Origin: Candidatus Poribacteria bacterium | Lineage (GTDB): Bacteria; Poribacteria; WGA-4E; PCPOR2b | Length of the DNA: 64,000 nucleotides | NCBI GenBank assembly: GCA_965208675.1 | Contig: OZ242351.1 | Span: 448,001 to 512,000, forward strand | Direction: 5' to 3' | Part shown: in pieces, positions 53,559 through 63,682 of the stretch | How the letters are laid out: each line of letters starts with the position of its first letter | Numbering within the stretch: position 1 is the stretch's first letter | The notes under the pieces: generated by a model | Told to the model about the DNA's origin: nothing | The model's database searches: none | The model's input: the letters and a program-made list of their open reading frames with translations, nothing else | Translations under genes and position numbers: made by a program

Positions 53559-54389
53559 ATGCTGAACGATACATACGCCTACGTCCGTGCTAGGTGGGTA
53601 ATCTTAGTTTCGATAATCGGGTTTGTTGCTCCGGCTATTGTATTTGATTTGGATCAGCCACTTGAGTCCACAATCTTTGATGTGGTATCCTACGGTCTCG
53701 TCGGATTCCTGCTGTGGCTAATTTGGGGACAGAATCTAAGAAGCCATGAGATATTTGGATCGCTCCCCTCTAAACGGGAGGCGTGCGTTTATCTTAGCCT
53801 CGGTATTCCGTGGGCAAACGCCTCTCTTTTAGGCATATATCTGTTGTTTGTGCCGTTGTCCTACGTAGCCCCTGAGGCTGTCTCTGGGTGGCTGCTTGAA
53901 GCGGAACCCCCTGAATTCATTGATGGGTTTTCCTTAGATACAATATTGGTGAACAGTATACAAGGTTTCCATACAGCACTATTGGTGCCGATTGTCGAGG
54001 AGATTGTCTTTCGGGGGTTTATTCTTCATCGGTGGTGCGACAAATACGGCGTGAAGCGCGGAATTGTGCAGACGTCAATACTGTTTAGCTTGCTGCACGT
54101 AGAATTCCTTGGAAATTTCGTCGGTTCGGTCATCGTGAGTGTTCTCTGCCTCCGTACAAATTCGCTCGTCGGGCCCATTCTTATCCATATTGGCAATAAC
54201 CTTGCGATAGTAATAATGATATTGTTCGTCTGGTTACTAGGAGGGGATGTTGAGAGTATCTGGGATGCCACACCGGTCCAGGAGTTCCAATTTGACTGGT
54301 GGTACGGGGCAATCGCTGCGGTTACCAGCGTTCCGTGGTTGTATTGGTTTGTAAAGACCCGATTGTTGGAATCGAATGTCTCGCCTTAA
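53559..54389 (+). CDS. CPBP (CAAX/Abi) intramembrane metalloprotease
   Basis: 'EEIVFRG', 'FSLLH' and 'H..NN' motifs. Confidence 0.9.
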   Translation: MLNDTYAYVRARWVILVSIIGFVAPAIVFDLDQPLESTIFDVVSYGLVGFLLWLIWGQNLRSHEIFGSLPSKREACVYLSLGIPWANASLLGIYLLFVPLSYVAPEAVSGWLLEAEPPEFIDGFSLDTILVNSIQGFHTALLVPIVEEIVFRGFILHRWCDKYGVKRGIVQTSILFSLLHVEFLGNFVGSVIVSVLCLRTNSLVGPILIHIGNNLAIVIMILFVWLLGGDVESIWDATPVQEFQFDWWYGAIAAVTSVPWLYWFVKTRLLESNVSP

Positions 54390-54501
54390 ATTAGCACGGA
54401 TGGGATTCAACCTAAATCAATTGGGCGCCGCTGTAAACGTTGACAACAAAGAATTTTCGATTTTATAACATCCAATAACAGGAAGGGACGGGAAACCGTA
54501 A

Positions 54502-54717
54502 ATGCAATCGTTCAAAATTATCGTTGAAAAACACACAGATGGTTATGTCGCCTACCCACTTGGTCTAAAGGGCGTCGTCGTAGGGGAAGGCAACACCTAC
54601 GAAAGTGCAGTAGCTGACGTTACCTCCGCGATCGAATTTCATATTGAGACGTTCGGAAAAGAAGTGCTAGAGACTGAAGAACCTGCCTTGGATGATTTTC
54701 ATCGAGTTACCGCCTAG
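54502..54717 (+). CDS. HicB-family antitoxin (orphan, C-terminus possibly altered)
   Basis: 'IIVEKH.DGYVAYP.GL.G.VVG.G.TYE.A..DV..AI.FH'. Confidence 0.75.
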   Translation: MQSFKIIVEKHTDGYVAYPLGLKGVVVGEGNTYESAVADVTSAIEFHIETFGKEVLETEEPALDDFHRVTA

Positions 54718-54810
54718 CGTGATCAGTTGGAAACATCACGATTAGCAGATTTGGCTAGCGGTAGTCTTTCGTTTTTAACTTCAGTTGGACCTACGCAAGA
54801 AGTTCAAAAG

Positions 54811-54840
54811 TCCCCCTGATAAGGGGGATTTAGGGGGTTA
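54811..54840 (+). repeat. Solo C/G-tract palindromic repeat (TCCCCCTGATAAGGGGGATTTAGGGGGTTA)
   Basis: Same CCCCC-TGATAA-GGGGG-N-GGGGG-TTA architecture as the IRs inside mod. Confidence 0.85.
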
Positions 54841-54964
54841 AAAACACTGAAATAACGACTTTTCAATTCCAAATTTTCCTTTTTCTGCTCAATTATCAGG
54901 GTTTGCGGAGCGTTGAGTCGCAAACTCGAAATTTCCAAAAATTTTTACCCAAGGAGACTTACGC

Positions 54965-55432
54965 ATGAATTTAGAATCGTACATGGCTGAAAGAGTTGAC
55001 AACCAGGTTGAGAATTTTGACCAGCTTGCACGCCGTAACCAGAGAATATATAGTTTTCTGCGAATGGCCACGATTGCGTGCAACGTTCTCACCGCCTTTG
55101 CTATCGCGTTGACACTCGCTGCGCCCGCACGATACAAGATATATATGGGGCTGGGGGCGTTGGTCCTCTCAATGATAGTCCTTGCTACACACCAGATTCA
55201 AGAGTTCTACAAGTTCGGGTCGAAATGGGAAAAGTACCGAACGGTCGCAGAGCAGATAAAATCTGAAAAGTTCCTGTTTCTGAATGACGCAGGTACGTAT
55301 CGCGCAGGTGATACCGATTCAAAGAAACGCGCCTTCATTGAAAGCGTTGAAGGTATCATTCAGGGAACGGATAAGTCCTATTTTGCACTGATGATGGAAC
55401 CGGGCGAAGAACATGAAACACATTTACAATAG
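54965..55432 (+). CDS. SLATT/DUF4231-like two-TM effector
   Basis: 'Y...R...Q......A.RNQ..Y', two TM helices and 'W..YR..AE..K.EK..F'. Confidence 0.8.
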   Translation: MNLESYMAERVDNQVENFDQLARRNQRIYSFLRMATIACNVLTAFAIALTLAAPARYKIYMGLGALVLSMIVLATHQIQEFYKFGSKWEKYRTVAEQIKSEKFLFLNDAGTYRAGDTDSKKRAFIESVEGIIQGTDKSYFALMMEPGEEHETHLQ

Positions 55433-55448
55433 CGTATGAGATAAGCAT

Positions 55449-58076
55449 ATGCCACGACTAACCGAACAGGAACAGCAAGAGATTATCCGCTTCCTTGAGG
55501 CGGACAAACCGCTTCCCGACAAATACCGATTTCTACTGTTTGAGGACAAGCGCGAGGTGGAGTTAGTCTGGAACGGCAAGTCCAACACGGTCTGTAACAT
55601 CGTCCTCCCCTTTCAGTCGATTGAACTTGTCGATGAACCCCGCGCCGAAAAAACCTCCGACACGTCCTTGCAACTCGACCTCTTTGACGAGCGTGGACGC
55701 CAACGCAAGGGTTGGACGAACAAACTGATTTGGGGCGACAACAAGCTGATTCTGTCCTCGCTAAAGAATGGTCCCCTGCGCGAGGAGATTGAGGCGCAGG
55801 GCGCGCTCAAGTTAATTTACATCGATCCACCGTTTGACGTCGGCGCAGATTTCTCAATGGATATTGAAATTGGCGGCGATACCTTTACCAAGAAGCCGAA
55901 CATTCTCGAAGAGATAGCCTACCGCGACACTTGGGGAAAAGGTGCGGATTCTTTTATTTCCATGATTTATGAGCGGCTGATTCTAATGAGGGATTTACTA
56001 GCGGAGGACGGAAGCATTTATGTGCATTGCGATTGGCGGGTGAATAGTCTCATCCGCCTTGTTTTAGACGAAGTGTTTTCGACTCAGTTTTATAAGAATG
56101 AAATTCGATGGAAGAGACAGCCGCCACGTGGTGCTAAGGCCATCTCTAAGCAGTACGCTAGATCTTCAGACTCGATTTTATACTACACAAAACTACCTTC
56201 TGGAATATGGAATCGACAGTATAAAGGTTACAGCGAGAAGTATATCAAGACCAAATTCACACATACAGACGATGGCGGCCGCGTCTATCGCATTGATGCG
56301 ATTGGGGATTACTCTGAGAAATCAATTGCAAAATTTAGACAACAAGGCAAAATTTACGATTATCCTTCTGGAAAACTAGGACTGATAAGATACTTAGACG
56401 AAGCAAAAGGTGAAGTAGTAACGGATGTTTGGATTGATATAAACGAAGTCAATTCCCAAGCACTTGAAGGCACCGGTTACGCTACCCAAAAACCCGAAGC
56501 CCTACTTGAACGCATCATTAAAGCATCATCAAACGAAGGCTACCTCGTAGCGGATTTTTTCTGCGGCTCCGGCACCACCGCCGCTGTCGCCGAAAAGCTG
56601 GGACGAAAGTGGATTGCTACAGACCTCGGCAAGTTCGCCATCCATACCACACGTAAACGCATGATTGGCGTTCAGCGTCAATTGAAAGCCGATGGAATCG
56701 ACTACCGCGCATTTGAAATCCTCAACCTCGGCAAGTACGAGCGCCAACACTACATCGGCGTCAATCCCAACCTGCGTGAAGAAGAACAACAACGTCAAAT
56801 GAAACAGAAGGAGGAGGCGTTCATCGACCTCATCCTGCGCGCCTACGCCGCCGAGAAAACGGACGGTTATGCCGCTTTTCAAGGTGTGAAAGCCGGGCGG
56901 CTGGTGGCGGTGGGACCTGTCAATCTGCCCGTAACACGCTTGTTTATTGAGGAACTCATCTTGGAATGCCGCAAGCATCGAATCACGCGGGTAGATGTGC
57001 TCGGCTTTGAGTTCGAGATGGGGCTGTTCCCAAACCTGTTAGATGAGGCACGAAGCAAAGGCATTGACCTCCTGCCGAAATACATTCCCGCCGAGGTCTT
57101 CGACAAGCGTGCAGTAGAACGTAATCAAGTCGTATTCCACGATGTGGCGTTCATTGAAGTTAAGCCGATCATCTCCTACCCCCCTGATAAGGGGGGCAAG
57201 GGGGGTTATGTCCCTTACAATAAATCCCTAACCGAAAAAGCACGTGAAAACCGAGATAACCCAACCTCGGCAGAGCAGAAATTGTGGTACGAAGTGCTAC
57301 AAAACAAACGACTTGAAAATCTGAAATTCACGCGCCAGAAACCGCTAGATGAATATATTGTTGATTTTTATTGCGCCGAACTGATGCTTGCTATTGAGAT
57401 CGCCGGCGATACCCATGCAGGGCAAGAGCAATACGACAAACGCAGGACTGAAAACCTAAACAAACATGGCATTCAGGTAGTTCGATATACCAATACTGAG
57501 GTGCTGAATAATCTCGAAGGAGTGTATCACGATTTGCAAGAACGCATATCTACGAGAAAAGCCTCTAACCCCCCTCGCCCCCCTTATCAGGGGGGTTATG
57601 CAGCCTCGTCCGGTGGACTGCCAACCGTAGCGGTCGAATTGACTAATTTTTCCGTGTTTTACTCCCAAGACTCTATCGCCCACGCCGAGGAAACGCTGAA
57701 AATCAGGGGCAGTCGGGTCATTGTGGATAGGGGGCAAATCGTCAAAGTGAGCAAAGATGCAAACGGGATTGTTACACGCAAAGTATTGACACAACACTGG
57801 ACGGATTGGATCGATTATTGGTCGGTGGATTTTGACTTTGAGAGCAAACGCGAAATCATCCGCGTCCAACATCCTGAAACCGGGGAATCGGAGGAACAGT
57901 GGACGGGCGATTACATCTTTGAAAATGAGTGGCAGAGTTTCCGCACCAAGAAAGACCGATCATTAGAGCTAACCAGCGTCGCCCACGAATGCACCCCGGG
58001 ACGCCGCAAACTCGCCGTCAAGGTCGTGGATATTTTTGGGAATGATACGATGACGATTGTGGAGGTGTCGGTGTGA
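55449..58076 (+). CDS. mod: Type III-associated DNA methyltransferase (Mod, beta class) with an in-frame DUF559 insertion
   Basis: 'NKLIWGDN', IYIDPPF (motif IV), 'YATQKPE' and DFFCGSGTT (motif I); C-terminal '[10 protein letters not shown]'. Confidence 0.9.
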   Translation: MPRLTEQEQQEIIRFLEADKPLPDKYRFLLFEDKREVELVWNGKSNTVCNIVLPFQSIELVDEPRAEKTSDTSLQLDLFDERGRQRKGWTNKLIWGDNKLILSSLKNGPLREEIEAQGALKLIYIDPPFDVGADFSMDIEIGGDTFTKKPNILEEIAYRDTWGKGADSFISMIYERLILMRDLLAEDGSIYVHCDWRVNSLIRLVLDEVFSTQFYKNEIRWKRQPPRGAKAISKQYARSSDSILYYTKLPSGIWNRQYKGYSEKYIKTKFTHTDDGGRVYRIDAIGDYSEKSIAKFRQQGKIYDYPSGKLGLIRYLDEAKGEVVTDVWIDINEVNSQALEGTGYATQKPEALLERIIKASSNEGYLVADFFCGSGTTAAVAEKLGRKWIATDLGKFAIHTTRKRMIGVQRQLKADGIDYRAFEILNLGKYERQHYIGVNPNLREEEQQRQMKQKEEAFIDLILRAYAAEKTDGYAAFQGVKAGRLVAVGPVNLPVTRLFIEELILECRKHRITRVDVLGFEFEMGLFPNLLDEARSKGIDLLPKYIPAEVFDKRAVERNQVVFHDVAFIEVKPIISYPPDKGGKGGYVPYNKSLTEKARENRDNPTSAEQKLWYEVLQNKRLENLKFTRQKPLDEYIVDFYCAELMLAIEIAGDTHAGQEQYDKRRTENLNKHGIQVVRYTNTEVLNNLEGVYHDLQERISTRKASNPPRPPYQGGYAASSGGLPTVAVELTNFSVFYSQDSIAHAEETLKIRGSRVIVDRGQIVKVSKDANGIVTRKVLTQHWTDWIDYWSVDFDFESKREIIRVQHPETGESEEQWTGDYIFENEWQSFRTKKDRSLELTSVAHECTPGRRKLAVKVVDIFGNDTMTIVEVSV
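57178..57596 (+). mobile_element. IR-flanked DUF559 (Vsr-like endonuclease) cassette inserted in frame in mod
   Basis: 31-bp IRs at 57178-57208 and 57566-57596 (30/31); encodes 'PYN..L...AR..R.NPT.AE..LW','F.RQ.P...YIVDFYC....L.IE..G..H','D..R...L...G..V.R.TN.EV'. Confidence 0.85.
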
Positions 58077-59629
58077 GAATCAGAGACATATACTTGACGG
58101 GTTTTAAGCGATTTACTGATTTGACAATTGAGGGTATTCCTGATACGGCGAAACTCGTTGTTTTAGTTGGTCCCAGTGGCAGCGGAAAATCATCTCTATT
58201 TGATGCTATAAATGCTTGGGGAAAAGATCATACATATAGCATCTATGACCCTGAATATTATAGGAAAGATGGACAACCAACGAATCGGGGTTCTCCGGAT
58301 TCGTTTAATAGTCTCGGCGTGAGTATAAATGCCGATGATTGCCCGTCAAATTTGGGGGAAGCTTGTTATATCCGATCGGCATATCGGCACACGCCAAAAT
58401 TCAGCGTTTCTACGATGGAAAAAATTGATGAAAGCCAATATTGGCGCCATGATGTTAATGCACGACTAAATTTTTCTTCGGGTGATTCTGAAGTGCAGAA
58501 CAATTACCAAAGAGTATATGGACGGATAATGGATGCAGTCTTTAACTCTCAAGTTCGTACTAATGAGGATATTAGGGAAGGAGTTATAGGCCAAGTTCGC
58601 GATTCTTTGCAATCTATTTTTCCCGACTTGCAGTTGCATTCTCTCGAAGATTCTGAAGGCAAAGGAACTTTCTATTTTGAGAAAGGAGCAGCTAAAAAAT
58701 ATGACTATGTCAATTTATCGGGAGGTGAGAAAGCGGCTTTTGATTTGCTTCTTGATTTTATTGTCAGGAAAGAAACTTACTCAAATGCGGTTATGTGTAT
58801 TGACGAACCAGAAGTACACATGGGATTGAGTGCTCAGGGCAAATTGCTCGAGGTCCTTTATAAACTGATACCTGAAAATTCGCAACTTTGGTTGGGAACT
58901 CACTCTATAGGAATTTTACGGGCATCGAAAAAAATCTTGGAAACAAATCCCGGCAAAGTCGCCTTATTGGATTTTTCCAGGCACGATTTTGACCAAAAGA
59001 CTAACATAGAGCCAATTACTAATCCTGACCGTAAATTTTGGGAATCTCTGCATGATAGTGTTCTTGACGATCTATCTGGCTTACTGGCACCGGAAAAAAT
59101 TATTGTGTGCGAATCAGGCCAAGGGAGTGACGGTTTTGATGCCCGTTGCTACAATGAAATTTTTGCTAAATATCACCCCGATGCACTGTTTGTTTCCGCC
59201 GGAGGAAAATCGGAATTAGATAAAATTATCCCTATACTTCAAACAGTCATACAAAAAGCCGATATTTTCGCGGTACGCGATCGAGATGATTTGCTTGATA
59301 GACGGCGTAATGAACTTATTCAGCAAGGCACACGTGTTTTGAACCGGACCAGCATAGAAGATTACCTGATTGATGACGAATTGCTGGAAATATTCGCCGA
59401 CGTCCATGAGTTATCTAAAAGCCAACAGAGGGAATTAAAAGGCATCAACCGAAAAAACGATTCGGCTAAGGCGAGGGCTGGGCAGATATATCAGAAAGTC
59501 AAATCGTACAAGTCAATTGTTGGTGAAACCAAAGAGGAATTTCTTTCGGATGTCCTTGCACCCTTGTTAAACCAAGAGTTAGCCGTTTATCAGGAATTGG
59601 AAGAAGATATTTTTGGAACCCAAAGTTGA
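58073..59629 (+). CDS. ABC-type (AAA_21/OLD-like) ATPase with a C-terminal TOPRIM-like domain
   Basis: [14 protein letters not shown] signature, IDEPE.H, 'GTHS'; C-terminal 'IVCE' and 'DRD'; GTG start overlaps the mod stop. Confidence 0.8.
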   Translation: MRIRDIYLTGFKRFTDLTIEGIPDTAKLVVLVGPSGSGKSSLFDAINAWGKDHTYSIYDPEYYRKDGQPTNRGSPDSFNSLGVSINADDCPSNLGEACYIRSAYRHTPKFSVSTMEKIDESQYWRHDVNARLNFSSGDSEVQNNYQRVYGRIMDAVFNSQVRTNEDIREGVIGQVRDSLQSIFPDLQLHSLEDSEGKGTFYFEKGAAKKYDYVNLSGGEKAAFDLLLDFIVRKETYSNAVMCIDEPEVHMGLSAQGKLLEVLYKLIPENSQLWLGTHSIGILRASKKILETNPGKVALLDFSRHDFDQKTNIEPITNPDRKFWESLHDSVLDDLSGLLAPEKIIVCESGQGSDGFDARCYNEIFAKYHPDALFVSAGGKSELDKIIPILQTVIQKADIFAVRDRDDLLDRRRNELIQQGTRVLNRTSIEDYLIDDELLEIFADVHELSKSQQRELKGINRKNDSAKARAGQIYQKVKSYKSIVGETKEEFLSDVLAPLLNQELAVYQELEEDIFGTQS

Positions 59630-59722
59630 GAATCTCAATAACGATGGGGTGAAATAAGGTGTCACAACAAGGTCTTTACAAATCATTCTCGACGTTACGA
59701 GGTTTCTTGTCAGGGAATAATC

Positions 59723-60112
59723 ATGTCAGCAGGTATTAGGATATCTATGTTTGAAGTCGTGGGTAGTCCACTTTGCGTTGCTTCTAGCGATGGGCAGAAG
59801 GTACACGATCGCATCGCTTCAGTTCTTAAAGCAGATAGAAATGTCGCTCTTTCATTTCACAATGTCACGACGCTCACCGCGGCTTTCTTGAACTCTGCAC
59901 TTGGTCAATTGTATGGGACATTCAGTGAAGGACAAATTCGTTCTCGGTTGAAGGTAGAGGACGTGGAGACAGACGATTTTGCGCTTTTAAAGCGCGTTGT
60001 TGACAATGCCAAAATGTACTTCAAGGATCCGCAGCGTTTCAATCAAGTGATTCGAGAGACATTGGGGAATGAAGACGATGAAGCATATAGCGATGTGAGA
60101 CGACAACACTAG
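59723..60112 (+). CDS. STAS-like (DUF4325-like) protein
   Basis: 'CVAS.DGQKV','V.LSF..V..LT.AFLN.A.GQLY'. Confidence 0.75.
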   Translation: MSAGIRISMFEVVGSPLCVASSDGQKVHDRIASVLKADRNVALSFHNVTTLTAAFLNSALGQLYGTFSEGQIRSRLKVEDVETDDFALLKRVVDNAKMYFKDPQRFNQVIRETLGNEDDEAYSDVRRQH

Positions 60113-60242
60113 AAACAATGCGATAGCAATCTTGAAGGTTCCCGCCAACTGACATTTTTCCACACGACACAATGAAGCCAGAAAATCAACCGCCCGTGTA
60201 TGTTGATTGATAAGTTAGCCATTTGCTCTGACAAGGTAACTT

Positions 60243-62030
60243 ATGATCCCCATCTTCACCCACCCACTCGGCTTTCTGTCACTGTTGGCGATTCCGGGGC
60301 TTGTCGGCATCTACTTGCTGCGCACGCGATCGCGACGTTACCCGGTGTCTAGCTTGATGCTGTGGGTGAACCAGCGGCAAGCACGTGCCGGCGGTCTACG
60401 CGTAGAGCGGTTGCAGACTCCTCTTCTGTTCTTTCTGGAGTTGCTCACGATAATCTTACTCGCCCTGGCAGTGGCGGCCCCAATCATTCGGACCGCGCAG
60501 GGAGCGGTGCCGCTAATCGTCGTGCTGGATGACTCCTACTCAATGCTTGCAGGCGTTCATGATAACACGAGAAGCCGCGCCATTGCAGCGCTTGAAAAGG
60601 AACTCGACCCTGAAGGGTTGAACCCGCTCACCAACCGCCGTTATGCGGTGCGCTACGTGCTCGCGGGCTCAGAGCCGCAGGTGTTGAATGAAGCGGCGAA
60701 AACTGCGGACGACGCGATTGCGCAGCTTGAAAACTGGAGGTGTCATTCGCCGTATGCGGACCTAGAGAGGGCAATCGCATTCGCTGCGGAGCTTGGAGGA
60801 CCGAAAACACTCATCCTTGTTCTAACGGACGAACCCCCTACGCACACGTTTGAGGGGGAGCGCATCCAGTGGTGGAGTTTCGGAACCCCGCAACCGAACG
60901 CTGCGATTGTCAATGCGGCCCGAACTGCCGCGGAATCGGGCGAACGGTGCCTGTTTGAAGTTACGAATCTCTCGCCGAATATGATGGTAAGGGAGTTTAT
61001 CGTAAGGGCAGATGAGCCTGCCGTGCAACGACCTTCGTCGCCGCTGCACCGTTCGACCCTCGAACTCGAACCGATGGCGGCGCACCGGATTGTCCTAAAC
61101 CTTCCGCCTGAGACGCCGCGGTTGCGAGCGCAAATTGGCGATGATGCGCTTGCCATTGATAACGAAGTTTTACTCTTGCCGCAACGCCGAAAGCCGGTAC
61201 GCGTTGATGTCCGTGTTCGAAACCGGCAGATGCGTTCGTTGGTTGAAAATGCACTGGTGTCGACGGATAGAAGTATACCGGTAAAAGCCCGGCCTGAGTT
61301 GGTGTTTCTTGATGATACAGCAGTATCCGATATCTCGCCAGGGGCGTGGTATATGTATATCATCAGCGAACCGGAGGCGTCTGCTTATCTCGGTCCTTTT
61401 GTCGTTGATCGGCGTCATCCATTGACTGAAGGGCTGTCGTTCAGCGGTGTCGTATGGGGAGCCGGTAGGACTGAAGCATTTATGGGGAACCCAATCATCA
61501 CCGCCGGAAATGTCCCGTTACTGACCGACACCGAACTATTCACGGGCAGTCACGAACTCCGATTACGCCTCCGCCCGGACCTGTCGACGCTTCAGCGTTC
61601 ACCGAACTGGCCGGCATTGATGTGGAATCTCCTCCAATGGCGCGCTTCCAAGACACCCGGACTAAACCGCGCCAACCTTCGGCTAGGTGAAACAGCGGTG
61701 CTGACCACGGCGTTAGGAACGGAATCTGTTCAGGTTGTTTCCCCCGACGGCGCCATACGAGAGCTAGCCGTAGTAGACCGGACGATAAACGTCACGACTG
61801 AGTCCGTCGGCATCTATGAGATGCACACCGATGCAGGCAGATATGCGTTCGCGTCTAACGCGCTTTACCAAGAAGAGTCAAATCTTACAAATAAAGCGGG
61901 CGGGCGGTGGAGCGATTGGGGCGAAGAAACCTTGCGCTGGTGGGGTTATCACAGTTTTGCATGGTTCTTCCTGCTGCTCGCGATTGGCATTTTAACGCTC
62001 CACCTGATTCTCGCCAAACGTGAAGCCTAA
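60243..62030 (+). CDS. BatA/vWA-domain membrane protein
   Basis: BatA N-terminus 'F..P.G...L..IP....IYLLR', 'VSSL.LW'; vWA 'VVLDDSYSM'; C-terminal TM helix. Confidence 0.85.
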   Translation: MIPIFTHPLGFLSLLAIPGLVGIYLLRTRSRRYPVSSLMLWVNQRQARAGGLRVERLQTPLLFFLELLTIILLALAVAAPIIRTAQGAVPLIVVLDDSYSMLAGVHDNTRSRAIAALEKELDPEGLNPLTNRRYAVRYVLAGSEPQVLNEAAKTADDAIAQLENWRCHSPYADLERAIAFAAELGGPKTLILVLTDEPPTHTFEGERIQWWSFGTPQPNAAIVNAARTAAESGERCLFEVTNLSPNMMVREFIVRADEPAVQRPSSPLHRSTLELEPMAAHRIVLNLPPETPRLRAQIGDDALAIDNEVLLLPQRRKPVRVDVRVRNRQMRSLVENALVSTDRSIPVKARPELVFLDDTAVSDISPGAWYMYIISEPEASAYLGPFVVDRRHPLTEGLSFSGVVWGAGRTEAFMGNPIITAGNVPLLTDTELFTGSHELRLRLRPDLSTLQRSPNWPALMWNLLQWRASKTPGLNRANLRLGETAVLTTALGTESVQVVSPDGAIRELAVVDRTINVTTESVGIYEMHTDAGRYAFASNALYQEESNLTNKAGGRWSDWGEETLRWWGYHSFAWFFLLLAIGILTLHLILAKREA

Positions 62031-62366
62031 CACACCGCTTTCGTTGTTTCCACGAACACGCCAAGGCCCGTAGTCCATCCAATAAAAGTTTACACATGAT
62101 TCGGCCGCTGCAGTGTCTAACGAAATCTGCGGGTTGAACCAACACCGGGTCGGTTAAAAAATCGAACGCGCCGCGGTGTACAAATAATTTACGGTCTTGC
62201 CATAAAGCCGTGTACATCGACATTCCGATTCCTCCAGCCCATACTTACTCCCATTTCACAACCTTCAGACTGAATGCTAAATCGACACTCGTCGGAACAT
62301 ACTGCGTTGGACTACACCCTCCCGTTAAAGAATTTCCCGGCGATGCACCCCGCACGGCAGGTTAAT

Positions 62367-63682
62367 TATAATTACCCCCAAAAACTAGACAGTGTCTTAA
62401 GGTGGAATTGTTGCTGTCAAAACGGCCATGTTATGAGCCATAATAAGGCTCAGCAATGCCAAGAATTGCGAAAGGAGTTTGTTTAACATGGCTCGTAGAA
62501 AACAGTACGATAATCGATTCAAAGCGCAGGTGGCGATTGAAGCCATTAAAAATGAACGCACCATGGCGCAGATTGCCAGTGACTACGAAGTCCACCCGAA
62601 TCAGGTCAGGCAGTGGAAAAGACAGATTCTGGAACAATCACCCCAGCTATTTGCGAACGGACACACGCAATCAACTTCCGACAACGACCGCCTTATAGCT
62701 GAACTCTACCGGCAAATCGGTCAGTTGAAGGTAGAACTAGACTGGCTTCAAAAAAAAACTCGAATGCTCCATTAGCACAGAAGCGGCGGCTTGTCAAGCA
62801 AGAGCGCGGTGCTCCATCGGTTTCGAGACAGTGCGAACTGTTAGGGTTGCCGCGCGCTTCGTATTATTATCAACCCGCAGCGGAAGAATCGCCGGAAAAC
62901 CTGCTTTATATGCGTCTGATTGATGAACAGTACATTAAAACGCCGTGCTACGGTGTCCCTCGAATGACGGACTGGCTATGTGATAATGGCCACGCTGTCA
63001 ACCGGAAACGGATTGCTCGGTTGATGCGAAAGATGGACTTAGTTGCCATCTATCCCAAGCCCCGTCTCTCCAAGCACGGCAGGCCGTCGAAAAAGTATGC
63101 TTATCTACTGAAGGATTCAATTATCACTCGACCGGACCAGGTATGGGCAACTGATATCACCTATATCCGTTTGAACACCGGCTTTGTGTATCTAGTGGCG
63201 ATTATGGATTGGTACTCTCGATATGTGTTATCATGGGAATTGTCAAATACACTAGACGTTTACTTTTGTCTATCGGCACTGGAACGGGCATTGAGTTGTT
63301 CTAGCCCTTTGATATTCAATAGCGACCAGGGCGCGCAGTTCACGTCAGATGCCTTTACGACTCGGCTTGAATCGGCTAACATTGCCATCAGTTGGACTGG
63401 TGCTGGCAGCGTGTTTGACAACATTTTAATTGAGCGGCTCTGGCGGACCGTCAAGTATGAACATGTGTATCTTCACGCTTATGACTCAGTTCACGCGGTT
63501 TGGTGTGGCTTGAACAACTATTTCAAGTTTTATAATGAGGAGCGGCTTCATACGTCGCTCAATACTAGAACACCTCATGAGGTGTATTTTCAAAAATCCT
63601 AGGTGTTGAAGCATAGCCGGATTGTCTAGCAATTACACCTTAATAGACGAGCATTACTGTCTAAACATTGGGGGTAAGTAAA
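62367..63682 (+). mobile_element. IS3-family insertion sequence
   Basis: Imperfect TIRs TTACCCCCAA..TAGACAGT...TTAAGGTG.AATTG at both ends; orfA/orfB; ends approximate. Confidence 0.85.
62488..63602 (+). CDS. IS3 transposase OrfAB, expressed via a -1 frameshift at A9 (62750-62758)
   Basis: OrfA HTH 62488-62775; the -1 frame stays open into 'SVSRQCELLG'; DDE motifs 'WATDITY', 'NSDQGAQF' and 'IERLWR..KYE'. Confidence 0.92.

Noticed and set aside
57178-57596. DUF559 insert as an intein or a group I/II intron
   Set aside because: No intein blocks or recognisable intron structure; the insert is fully coding and bounded by DNA hairpins.
61885-62223. Minus-strand 112-aa ORF next to the IS3 element
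   Set aside because: It overlaps the BatA gene in antisense and has no recognisable motif, so it cannot be supported.
62750-62758. A9 tract as pseudogenisation of the transposase
   Set aside because: It is the standard IS3 programmed -1 frameshift site, so it is not novel.
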